DNA of 64,000 nucleotides from Ascidiella aspersa (Eukaryota): NCBI GenBank assembly GCA_963924565.1, contig OZ004607.1, positions 11,036,001 to 11,100,000 of the forward strand, read 5' to 3'. Shown piece by piece: positions 17,301 to 29,500 of this stretch (position 1 is its first letter; each line of letters starts with the position of its first letter). The notes under the pieces were generated by a model. It saw only the letters and a program-made list of their open reading frames with translations, ran no database searches and was not told where the DNA came from. The position numbers and the translations under genes were made by a program.

Positions 17301-19647
17301 AAAAGTGTTTATTGTGCAACACGTTAGGTTAGATCAGTGGTTCTCAAAGGGAGCCATTTGGCTAACTTTGGGGGGAATTTTAAATTTTTGGGAGGAAATT
17401 TGTTCCAGAGAAGAATTGGTGACGAAAAGTGGATGAAAATGGTTCACGTTTTCTTATTACGTGAAGACAATATGTTCTGTGTTAAACCTATGTCATCATA
17501 GACTCTGTTTGGTTTACAATATCTATTGTTTCGTCACAGAAAGTAAAGTTCACTAGCACCAGGTGTCTGTTTTATATAGTTTGTTTGTTTTAGCATGGTT
17601 GTAAAAGCATGGTAAAAGTAATACGTAAAAGTAAAGTAAAGAAAGGGTAAAACATAAGATTGCCCAGATCCAGTATATATTTTAAATTCTGCAAAATGCC
17701 AAAGCAAATGCTCGAGAGCGACTTTTTCCAAATCACTCATTTAAAAAACATGTGGTTGGATCGACTAGTTTATGCTACGTATGCCAAATTAACCGTTGCA
17801 GAGCAAACACTTCTTCCGTTTCCGACTACATATTAAGTTGAATGTGGTTTTAGTGCCATTACGGATATTTTAACCAAATAAGGAACACTTTACATTTGCA
17901 AATGCGGTGATCTTCGGGAAAAACTGACATGCTTCTCTTCTCAATTTTCATTGTTTTTTGTTTTAAACATGAAGTTCATGGTTCACATTAACAATGAATA
18001 ACGCTTTGTACCCTACTTTTGTAATGTTCCCTGTCAGGTTTTTTTTAAGGTTTGATTTGGGTGACCGCTAAGTAGTTTTAAGAGACTGCAAGTGTTTCAT
18101 TTAAATACCAAAAATTTGCAAGTCCAAAATTTAGGAAACCTCTGGAGAAATTTGGGGAAATTTGGCAGTATTCCTTTTGTAATTTTTTGGGGAGGAATTA
18201 ACATTGCTTAAGCCTTTAAGGGAGGAATACGAAAAAAACTTTGAGAACCACTGGGTTAGATGAATTTTAAGTTGGTCTACAAAAGTCCAACCTTTAAATA
18301 TTTTTATAGGATTCAGTTCCCGAGATGAGGCGGAGAGTGTCATCGCTTCAGACCTCGCTGCGTTTTACCCTAATATCACAGACCAGCGTATTAACTCCAT
18401 CTACCGATCATACTTGGGCGATGATTCTGTCCGCGAGGGGGACAAACTTTTACGCGGAGTACTCGACTACTTTACTGATTCCTGGTTTACCGCGCAAGCC
18501 GACAAGTTTGCCTCGCGTTTTAGTGGTAAGTTGCAGTTATTGTTAATTGGAATAATTCGCTGTTGTTAGTTATGGAATTTTAGAAGCGATTGACCCTATG
18601 ATTTTTAATTCGGTTAGTAATCTGAACTTTGTTGAATGTAAATATTTTGTTTTCAATTTTCATAGCTTTTTTTCAATCAAGGAATATGAATGGTTAAAAA
18701 GACGGTTGGTATTTGAGATGCTGCGATTTCGATTGAAAATGGAAGACAAAATTGCCCTTACAGAAGAATTCTATACACGGCTTATATTTCCAAGCTTAAC
18801 CTGCTTACCCGCTTTTTTTTGATCGCGTACTAATAAACGCTTTAATGAAGAAACGTCTTCTTTCATTGGACAGAAGCCGGCGCCGATGTGTTCGTGTACA
18901 AGTTCGCGCACCGACCGACCCTCTACAACGACTCGGCCACCTTTTCCCGGCCACACAAGTTGGGTCGACCCGATCACAAGGACGACTTTCTCTTTCACTT
19001 CGGCTTTCCTTTCCTTCCCGGCTTGGACCAGAAGCTTAAGTTCGACGATGAAGAACGCAAGTTGAGTCGACAAGTCATGAAGGCGCTGGCGAATTTCGCC
19101 AAAAGCGGGTAATTCTTGCAGGCATGAGTTTCAAATTCTTGGGATCCCTTTAATACTTTAGATCCAAATCAGCTATTTAAACGACATATTTAAACACTAA
19201 AATAGCGCTTGAGTAGCTATGTAAGCAATCTTAGCGATCTAAACGAGCCTTTTTCTCGATAACTTAGTGTTCCTAGTATGGACGCTAAAATTACGTTGAG
19301 AAACGAGTGAAACTAAGCTATAAGCGTTTTTAGTGTTTCTGGCGATCATTCTAAGGAAATAATTCAACATAAGGGCAGGACGAAAGTATTTTATTATTAT
19401 ATACAACTCAATACAACGCAAAATCAACACGCCAGGCCGCATTTAAATTGTAAACGTATTGTTTAGAAACCCTTCAAGCGTCGGTGAAACAAACTGGGGA
19501 AAATACCCAGCCTACCTTCTTCTCAATCGCACCGTTGCTATGGCAACCGACATCCTGGACAAACGCAGTGAACTGTGGGAGGCCGTCTTTGAGCGTCAAG
19601 TACCTTTAAGCGGTGGAGTCTGCGACCAATCAAGGACAAACTGCTGA
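11390..19647 (+). CDS. Type-B carboxylesterase/cholinesterase-family hydrolase, secreted, 10 exons
   Basis: Exons 11390-11474, 12404-12606, 13058-13204, 14049-14248, 15231-15422, 16288-16393, 16882-17038, 18310-18525, 18874-19108, 19467-19647 join in frame. Signal peptide; motifs [54 protein letters not shown] (catalytic Ser), GSVTGE (Glu), PDHKDD (His). Confidence 0.93.
12690..12893. mobile_element. Degenerate hAT-type MITE
   Basis: Near-perfect 8-bp TSD (T/G)TGTATTG; CAG start and CCCCTGGCTACGCCAATG end. Confidence 0.5.
17335..18253. mobile_element. hAT-type non-autonomous element
   Basis: Perfect 15-bp TIR CAGTGGTTCTCAAAG / CTTTGAGAACCACTG; TSD GGTTAGAT. Confidence 0.9.
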
Positions 19648-20046
19648 GTAGGACACTCTGCAATCAAATGAATTTGCGTAATAGTTTTATACAAATAGGC
19701 TGCTCATACGAGCCTATTCGTACAACACCTGCAATTGTTGGAACGTAATGCCGTGATGGTGTCTTCACGCACTTTCTTTACCACACAGGGATACATCTTG
19801 ACATGTTTCACGGCAAGTATTCCTTCTAAAAGCTGCCAAGAAACCTTTTTCGAAATTTTCTTTAATATAAAACATGTTCTTAGGTATAGATGTTTTTTCA
19901 TATATTTTAAAACACGTGCTTGTACTTTTGACTTAGTAATTAAAAGAGATATTTTACCTTAACACGAAATATTTTTGTCACTTTGTCCGACAAGATTTAT
20001 TTTATCAATACCTTCTCCCTGTGGGCAAACTCGTGATATACTAAAG

Positions 20047-20365
20047 CAGGGATGTCCAACATTTTATTATAGTGGGCCGCATTGACACTTAAAAAAAAAA
20101 AATATTTAATGGGCCACAGAACCTACTAAGTTTAAAGATTAAGTATTGGCCCCCCTTTAGAGTTATAACGGACCTTTAGAGTTATATATATAGTTTTTAC
20201 CCATATTATACTATTACTGCGCCCCTAAAAGCTGAATGGTACATTTTAATTAGGCTAATATTGAAGGTTTAAAATACTACGTGGGAGTGAAAATGACTAG
20301 CGGGCCGCACAAAAATTTCAGACTGGCCGCAATGTGGCCCGCGGGCCGCAGGTTGGACATCCCTG
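20047..20365. mobile_element. hAT-type MITE
   Basis: TIR CAGGGATGTCCAAC / GTTGGACATCCCTG; TSD TACTAAAG. Confidence 0.92.
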
Positions 20366-22956
20366 TACTAAAGCTTATAATTCGTAGTTTTATATGACAT
20401 TACATGCTCGTTTGTTATTGCCGAATCCAATCACAACATTTTTGCTGCATCTATGCAAATAAGCAAGAAATAATACATTTTGTGGTTGGTGTTTTCTTTT
20501 AAGTTAGTATTGAATTCAAACAATACATTGGCGATTTTGTAACATTATTCAGGTTTTCAAACTGAAAAATCAAACGATCCGATAGGATATGATTTCATTA
20601 CATCGTTTTTCATATAGTATATGGGCGTTTGTCTGCGAAGCAAGTTTTTGGTCATTTAAAGCATTTATCACGCGCAGAACAACAGGTGAAACATCTATGG
20701 TAGCAATTTTCCAGCTGTTTGATCAGAATAGGTAACCACCAGGAAGTCGCGGCACAGTTTTCTTTCTTCATATTTCGCAAACAAGGCCTAATATTGTACA
20801 CTCAAGTGTAACTAACCGTTAAATCAGATTATCGTGTTTATAATTCAGGATATCTCATGCAATACCGTTTCGGCAGTGTAGCATTTGTCACTGTTTGGTC
20901 ACCATTAGAAGTCCGTATATATTCGGCTAATTTTTTGTTTTAAATTTATTGGATGTCCGATATTTCGTTATAGGATTTAATACCAATACCCAATGACGCC
21001 ATTCTTTACGGTTAGATATTCCATAGTAATATTCAAAACCTAAAAACGTGATCTTTTCTAGGCAAAAAACGTACAGTTAGCTTCGATTGTTGAAATAATG
21101 TTTTTGTAACACTTTTTTACCTTTCAAATGCAAAACCCTTTCTTCAATGGCAAACCACAATGACTTAAATCCACAAATTTATTTTAGTCAATTATAGTAA
21201 CCTACCAGACGAGTGTCGATATACCATCACTTCGCATCGGTTATGGACAACGGGAATGCGAGCTTTTTTCACACAATATGTGCCAAAATGTGCACGCTAA
21301 AATATAGCAACTTTCTGAAACAAATGCACAGTTAGCACACATTGTCAAGTGAAGATTCTGGCAAGTGCACATCTCATAAAAAGGTGCGCACATTTGGAAA
21401 TGCACATTCCGCAAACAACACGCCACCCCAATGTGAAGTATCGGCTCTTGAGTGCAATCCAACACATTAAGTTCGTCACAAATTCAGTTCTTTTTAAAAA
21501 AACATTGTATAGAGTTTTAGTTCAATTTTACTACAAACGTTATGGAGGCGTCGTTCAACTTAAAAAAAGCGTGCAATTGTACACAAGGTTGACTTACTCG
21601 ATTAAAGGTTTTCAAAAGCAGATACGATAAGATAAGGCGAGCAAACGCAATTATAGTCATCAACAAATTGCAATAAAACAACACATGCGGTAAACAGTGA
21701 CGAATTATCACACCCATCATTTTGATATGATTAAAAGGTCCCGAAAACCTATTCGTCATATCTTTATCACCATGCGATGTTCGTCTATAAGGTATGTCCC
21801 TTAAGTCACGTGATGTTTGTGTCGAAATCCTGGGCGACGAGTCACCGACTTGTTGATCGAAGTTTTACCAAAAAGCACACTCATTTACTGCATGATTAAA
21901 ATATAGCGCAACGATGAGTGGTGATGGCGTTTGGTCCAGCATAATAATGACAAACAAATGGCGCCCATGTGGCAAAAGCGTGCTTTGGGAATAACGTTTT
22001 GATAGACCAAATCTGGAAATAAATATACCAAATGAATGAAGTGAAGACGTGTTTTCATTTCCACCCGCAGAAAATTTTAGTTTGGCAGCCGTATAAATTG
22101 CGTAGCGGGTTACAAGGAACATTCCCGAAAGACACGACACGAGGCCATGGCTATCTTTAAGTTTAAACTATATATTTGCTTATATCAATTTATGAAGAAC
22201 TTTTTTGCAGTTCGCGCGTTTTCAGCATGTCTAAGCCTATTTTGGGAAAAAAACTTTAAACCAAAGGTTTTGTGCGTACCGTGGTAAGTTCAATGTGTGA
22301 CGGTCCTATTAATAGTATTTTCATTACACATTTTTTATGGGACTACGCAGGTTAGCGTTTTATGAAAGATTCGGCCACATTCTAAAATGCTATTTACACG
22401 ATTAACTTTAATAATACATTTTGTATTGGGAAATATGGCATGAGGAGGCTACTGTAAGCCAAAATTTTAACCATTTTAACAAGTTTTAAATATATTGTTG
22501 ATGCTCGAACATTTGTCATGGCTTTTCTTTAGCCGTATATGATGTGACGTCAATCGCCCTTACAACTCGTTGACCAAAATCGTCTTGACAATAAAAAGAT
22601 TGTGTCTGTGCTTGAAGCCACACCTTTTTCAGAAGTAAAAGTGTTTTCGTTTTATTCGAATATTTTTGTCACGAAGACTTTGCCTTATTTTAAAAGTGTT
22701 TATAGATTCGAGTGGTATTTCAATTTCTTCAAGTAAGAACACTATGTTTTCAAAGGTTTTTATTTAAGGACGACACGGTATAAAATAACATTCGATGTCA
22801 CTTTTGAATATTTTCATGAGAAAAATACAAAAGTGTGCCTCAAATTTTGAAATAAATTACGCTGTCTATGTTGTTTTTCTGCTATCTTTGCGGAACAAAA
22901 GCGCGTAAAATTAGATGGAGTCTGTTTACAAACAAAAGAAAACGAACACTATATAC

Positions 22957-24124
22957 CAGAGGTTCCCAACGTGGGCGGTACCGCCCCCTTGTGGGCGTTG
23001 GCGAGTTACAAGGTGGCGTTTGGGGTCTCTTTCTAATTTGGGGGGCGCTGAATGCACATAAGGGGGCGTTACATAAAAGTACTTAATGGCTAAATTTTGT
23101 AAAAAGTTCACATAAAAATAGTAACACACAGGACTGTAGGTAACTTTTAACCTTTAATGGCAACTTTCGTACTGCGAACTTGTAGTAGTTTTCCGACCAT
23201 TGTTATATAATAAATGTAAAGTTGTTGGTTGTTGTTGCGTTTCACAGTTTTATACGCGGCAAAATGTTTGTATATTTAAAGCAGGGTTCGCCAACTTACG
23301 GCCCGCCACCTCTTTGACAACTAGACACGAGTCCATTTTCAATACTTTTTGACTATTTTAACTTAGTACGGGCAAAAATTTTTCGCGCTTGGCGCGAATG
23401 GTCTTTCTACGTCCAGTTTGTTTACGTTTTCATGCTGTTTTTGGAATAGATTAGCGCTTTTTTACCGTTGCGGACAAACGGCAAACGTACTCAAAAAAAT
23501 TAGACATAATTTTTTAACATTTTTTTTCGGCAATGCAATGAATACTAGCACGAAATTTAAAAGAAATGTTGGTATACCCCCAAAACAACGCGCTCGCTTC
23601 GCTCGCCAGGTGCGCCAGGACTTCAAGAGCTTAACAAACACCGAATCACACTATCTATAAACACTAAGGTTATCGCGTTTCCTCAAACTAGCTTTATTAC
23701 ACTTTTCATTAGTACTATGGATGAAAAAAAATCCGAGGTCCGCCTGATTCATAGTTGTTTTAACATTCCAATAACACAATTCTTAGTTAATATTTTGTGC
23801 GGCCCACAGAGACCTTTCTGAGTTTGATTGGTGCCCGTGACAAGAAAAGGTTGCCGACCCCTGATTTAAAGTATTGGGGCAGAAAGTTGAATTTTTCCTG
23901 GTAATGACATAACCTGGTGAATTCATGTATCCATAAATTCCTATAGTGAATGCATGTTAGACAACCTAAAATATTACTGACAGCTTATCGAAACGAAAGT
24001 GAACACAATATGATGTTAGACAACGATTAACATAAAACTTTATTGTAAAGCAAGACGAGGGGGGCGATATGAAATAAAATTTAGCCCAAGGGGGCACTAG
24101 TGTAAAAAAGGTTGGGAAACACTG
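22957..24124. mobile_element. hAT-type element carrying a nested MITE
   Basis: TIR CAGAGGTTCCCAAC / GTTGGGAAACACTG; TSD CTATATAC. Confidence 0.85.
23282..23863. mobile_element. Nested hAT-type MITE
   Basis: TIR CAGGGTTCGCCAAC / GTTGCCGACCCCTG; TSD ATTTAAAG. Confidence 0.87.
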
Positions 24125-24147
24125 CTATATACGGATCTGTTCATAAG

Positions 24148-24324
24148 TTTAATGGTGAAAATAACGGCCCAAATAGACGCAAAAAGCGACATGCTTTATT
24201 GTTAAAACGTTTTGGCAAATGCTCATGCCATCAACTGATAATTGCATGAGCACTTGCCGAAACGTGTGAACAATAAAGCATGTCGCTTTTTACGTTTATT
24301 TGCGCCGTTATTTTCACCATTAAA
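24148..24324. repeat. ~177-bp imperfect palindrome, probably a Penelope-type inverted LTR relic with hammerhead core
   Basis: TTTAATGGTGAAAATAACGGC...GCCGTTATTTTCACCATTAAA arms; the two arms together give CTGATGATGGCA-loop-TGCCGAAAC followed by AATAAA. Confidence 0.7.
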
Positions 24325-24579
24325 AGAAAACGAAAGCAGTAAATTCGTCATCTTACAATATCACGCGAGGTATGTTGCTGTCTGCCGTAAAGGTAACAAG
24401 GACTAATCACAGTTTCGTATACCACACTCTGGTGAAAAATCCTCTCTTCATGAATCAGAGTTGGCCGAATGTATGACAACCGCTCATATAACCATTGCGC
24501 CCGATATTAGTTCATAAGGGCAATGACATGAGTTAGTAAGGCAGACAGCAGCCCAACAGGACTTAAAACCAAATCGTGA

Positions 24580-24730
24580 TGTGCACTTGCGATAAGTGCA
24601 CGGCCCAGTGCACGTTTATAGGTGCGCAATGTGCACGTTTGAATTTGTGCACATATGACAAGTGTACATTGTGCGCACACTGTGCACGTTTTGATTTCTG
24701 CACGTATGACAAGTGCACAATGTGCACATT
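24580..24730. repeat. GTGCAC-rich low-complexity repeat, related tract at ~21280-21410
   Basis: Many GTGCAC/TGTGCA units at short spacing. Confidence 0.55.
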
Positions 24731-26518
24731 TTAATTTTGAGCCCGTCTCCAGCAGCCGCGTACTCTCTGTCGGTATTAACTAACAGTATTGCAGTTAATT
24801 GCAGATGCCTGTACGCAGTGTACGGCAATCCTTCCCGACTTACTTAGATCGCTCGTTTAAGGCTTGTGCAGGGACATTGTGTAATCTTTCATATAACTCC
24901 GCAACCTTTGCAGTGCATCTTTAATGAAAACTAAATTTTTAGCTATTTTTAAACAAAAAACTATTGTTGATTTATTTCCAACACAAAACGTTTATTAAGC
25001 TAAGGACAATTAAAAAAATCTTATATGTGTAGGGAAGTTTAGTCTCTAAGAACATATATCCTTCAACAATATCTGGGGCTGTAAATAGAAAAACTTATAT
25101 ATAGGAAAATGCGAGAACTTATATTTCGAAAGATTTTATTGTGACATTTTTTCTCTTTTGTCAACCGCCAAAAATATCCCCTGTGTTTGTTGTACGCCTT
25201 TTAGGAGAGTTTTTTTGTACGCCCCTATTTCAATTGGGGCACATTTTATATATGGCCAGTGTATTTTTTAAGATGTTGGACCAAAACGGCCCCCCAAATT
25301 TCTCCAGCGGTTTCCCCAAATTTGGACTTGCAACTCGTTTAAGCAAATATGGCTATTTTTTGGTATTTAAATGAAACACTTGCGGTCTCTTAAAACTACT
25401 TAGCGGTCACCCAAATCAAACCTTAAAAAAAAACCCTGTATATGGCCACAGTTATCGGCGAGTCAAATTATGAATGACATTCTAATAACATCTCATGCGC
25501 TTTGATGTCTGCAGTTTTGAGTCTCAAGTGCTGCCGCTTGTTTCGTGGGCTGTGAAACGACCTGAAATAAGGCCATGCTGCTTAAGCCGTTTTTCACCTT
25601 GAATAGATTTGCGGGGTGTAAGCTATTCTCTTTAGAAGAGTTACGTTTTGCGAGAGGTTTAAATACAGATCTCGACCATGATAGATTCATAAAAATATTT
25701 AGTGAATTGTAGGCTACTTGACTTGCTGAATTTAATTTTTAGAAATTTCCAAATGACCTCAAAATGTATACTTAACTTTGCGCTACTAAAATATAGAAAG
25801 TCACGGGGTTTAATGTTTTAGATTATTATTTCTGCCATCAGCCACGTATCGTACCGCTTATATTGGGTTTTAGCAAAGACTAAACGTTCAGCAGAAACCT
25901 CGGTGCAACGAAATACAGTCTACCATTAGGGCTGGTAGAACCGGACGAATCTACCGCGTTGGTGTTAGTCATCGCGCCGGTACAATTGTTTAAATACGGA
26001 TTTGCATGCGGGCGACAGCACAGGTTGTGACGTACAATAAATGATTTAAACATTTCCGTGAAATCCCTAGATCCTATTGTTTTCTTCAGTCGACTGGCTT
26101 CCTCCGACATGTAAACCAATAAGATGTATTTCCTTGATCGCGTACAGAGCCTTTATAGGCTTGCTTGGTTGTTAAGTCAAACCGTTACTGCCAGAGCATT
26201 TCGGATAAAAGTTGATTTGCCAAAAATGTGAGTTTGCGACAAGGCAAAAATTTAGTTTATGTCAAGGGTCGCTTTAACCTTTTGATTTTATAGACATTGC
26301 AAACTAGAATTTCAAATGCAAAGAAACATATGTGGAATTTCTGCCAGAAATACCGTCGATAATGCGTCGACAACGCGTAATGTTCAATTTCCTGACTGAA
26401 AAGTCAGTTGTACCATTAACGGCAAATATATTTTCTAATTAAAACGGGTTATTTTTTACAGTTTAAATTTTTGTTAGAGTATAGGTGGAACAGAAAAAGT
26501 GTGGTTTTATTTGTCGAC

Positions 26519-29500
26519 ATGAAGACATCTTTATCTATATTTCTCTGCATCTTTCTTTGCAACGTTCATTTGAGTTATCAGCAAGGTAAATCCTAGGCTT
26601 TAGAAGAAATAAAAATCCGAAAAATAATCTCCCATTTTAGTTTTTGCTATTTTTATTTAACAAAGATGAAATGTAACAATTTACACGTTTCTAGCCAAGT
26701 ATAACTAAATAAACAGCTTCTTAAACTATATTAAAACCCTTACCAACTGCGCTACAAAGTAGTATATAACTTTTGTCTATCTGACTAGAATGTTTTTTCA
26801 ATTATTATACGTTATGATTTGTAGGCGGAAAGCAACATTGGAATAAAACATTTTTAATGGTTCGATAAATGTTATTTTCCATACATATAATGTGTGTATA
26901 CTGTGATCAGTTGGTTAGAAGAGTTTGATCACAGAATATACACATTGTGTATGTGAATGTTTCAGTTGCTCAAAACGGGCCGCTGATCCCCTTGTGTTAC
27001 AGCAGTAAACAGTGATTATGGTCATTTCTTGACCGGCTCTAAATGAGCATGCGTAGCTTATAGTTGGTAGAGCAACGTTCCCGGTTTGGCCGAAGGTCGT
27101 GAGTTCGAACAACCCCACATATAGCTGTTTTTATATACTGGCTTTACCTGAAAATCCTGTTTTGGCCTAAATATTTCGGTAAGCCTTTCCGAAGTCATCC
27201 ATTGTATAGGTCATCACTAATTACGGTTGTTGTTTCACAAAATAAAACTTGATGGCTAAATATACTTCTTTTAGATTGTGTTGATGACTTTGACCGCTGT
27301 CCTCAGTACAAGAGTGCATGCGGTCAGACTTCAATCAGTTCCTCATGCCGCAAAACCTGCGATGACTCTTGCTGTAAGTAAACTAGTATTGCGAATTACA
27401 CAGCCATTTGTTTTGTTTCTGTGGTTTATCCCTAAAAAAAGAAATCCTGGAACTTAACTGTCCAATCTTTTTAGTTTGTTTAGCTTTTTAGGTTAAATAA
27501 AATGTTTCACAATTCTTGACGCCTGGCGGTATAAAACAAAACATTTAGTGTTGTATATTTATACTTTAGCCCAAGGGTTTTTAACCCCTTCTACTTTATT
27601 ATCCATTTCCCTCTGTTCAAATTCCTGTTACTCAAAATTAAATTTTATATATTTTTCTCTTTTACCACACTAAAAATATAAAACCTCGTTATTTAAAAAA
27701 ATATAGCTCGCTCGTCTCATCACTAACTCGAAATGTACACTTAGGTATACTACTCCAAATCGTTTTAACAATTTTACTGCGTAAAACAAAATATATACAG
27801 TAGGCCTATAGCTTTTTGCTACTTATTATATGCCGAAAATATCAATGTAGCACGAACACAAAACTGAGGTGCGTTCCACTGGTAGTCAGCAAACCTTTAA
27901 AAATGCTCTCAACAACGTAGGCTGGCGATGTCTATAGACACTAATAGGAAGTGAACATGAAAAACGAAACAAACATCAACCTAAGATTTTTCAATCAATA
28001 TTCACATAAAAATCCAATTTAAAAAAATAATTTTGACCTAAAGTCAAGTCAAGTCATTTGAAAGCATTGCCGTTAGTCACTACAAAACTGCCAAACATTC
28101 TTTTGTGCGTTTGGCAGAACAGACAAATTTTACCGATGACTAATTGTTATCAATACACTTTATTCTGTTGCCGGATTTCTGATTGTTAAACGGTACAACC
28201 TGTGCCTATAGTCTATGTTTTTGAAGTTTAATGATATATAAAATAGGATTAATTATCTTTATCATTTTTGCAGCCGGACCCATTACTAACGAGAATGCTA
28301 ATAAAACATAATTGAATAGCATGTTTATGTATTTTAAACAGACTATACTTATTATTTGTGATGCCTTAACTTATACGCTATTTAATTAACAAACACCGAA
28401 TCAACTTAGAAACTGTTGCCATTGCGAAAAGTAACACCTCCATTAATACCGTTTTCTTTAGCTGCATGCAGCAACCTTCCACAGGTCACAAATGGCGGAA
28501 ACTCTCCAAGCGGAACAAATCATAATGGCGGCGTTGTAGTTACTTACTTTTGCAACTCTGGATTTCACTTTTTGCCCGGTAGCGTCGAAACAAACTCTTG
28601 CACAGATGGCAATTGGTCTTCGAGCGTCGCCCCTACTTGCGCTCCAGGTATAAGTTGGCGAGTCGGTGTGTGACGTCATTTTTTAAAATTTACTTTTCCC
28701 AGCGGATAATAAATATAATGTATACCGCCAAGCAAACTACACGTTTTATCACCTATTTTGGTAGGAACGGTTTTGTGAGAAGAGCAAGAACGATATCTAA
28801 CTCGTATTTATTTACTGTAGTATTTCATTGATCACAAAGGACCTAAACGCTACGTAATTTTGCTTTAATATACTTTAAAGAAAGTAACTATCTATAAATA
28901 GACCATCGGGAATATAATGTTTAAAATTGCTTAAAATCGCCGAGCGGACGATATTTCATACTGCTGGCGAAAAACCCTCTTAAACCAGTCGTTGTTCTGC
29001 TTTTAGTTTGTCCTTCACCTCCTGTCATTTCTGGTTTTACCGTTGTTATGCCAGCGGCACCCTTCTTCATCGGTCATCAGCTCACGTACAAATGCACTGA
29101 CCAAGCAGCAACCATTATGGTCACATCTCCAGTCACCTGTCAATCGAACTCGACCTGGAGCACTCTTGTTGCCAATTGTTCCACAGGCAAGGCTCGAAAT
29201 AAACTGTCAGAAAGCAGACCTCGAAATTATTGAACGTCGGCACATACGGACCAGCAATAGTTATAATTTGGTGTTAATATTATATGTTTTCCGGGTTGCT
29301 AAGGCACAATTCGCTTTGGCGCTTAGCACCTTTGTTACCTTTTAGTTGTTAATATGTTATTCTCAAAAAAAAAAACGCCGTTTTTACGCAGATTTACTGT
29401 CTTTTAAAGCGATATGGATTAATTTGATGAATTTTAAGAATTGGTTTATTTGTTAATTGGAACAAATCACGAAAATATTTAAAAGCAAGTGAACATAAAA

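Noticed and set aside
27050-27120. Functional tRNA gene here or at 63255-63325
   Set aside because: Cloverleaf stems are mispaired; kept only as tRNA-derived elements.
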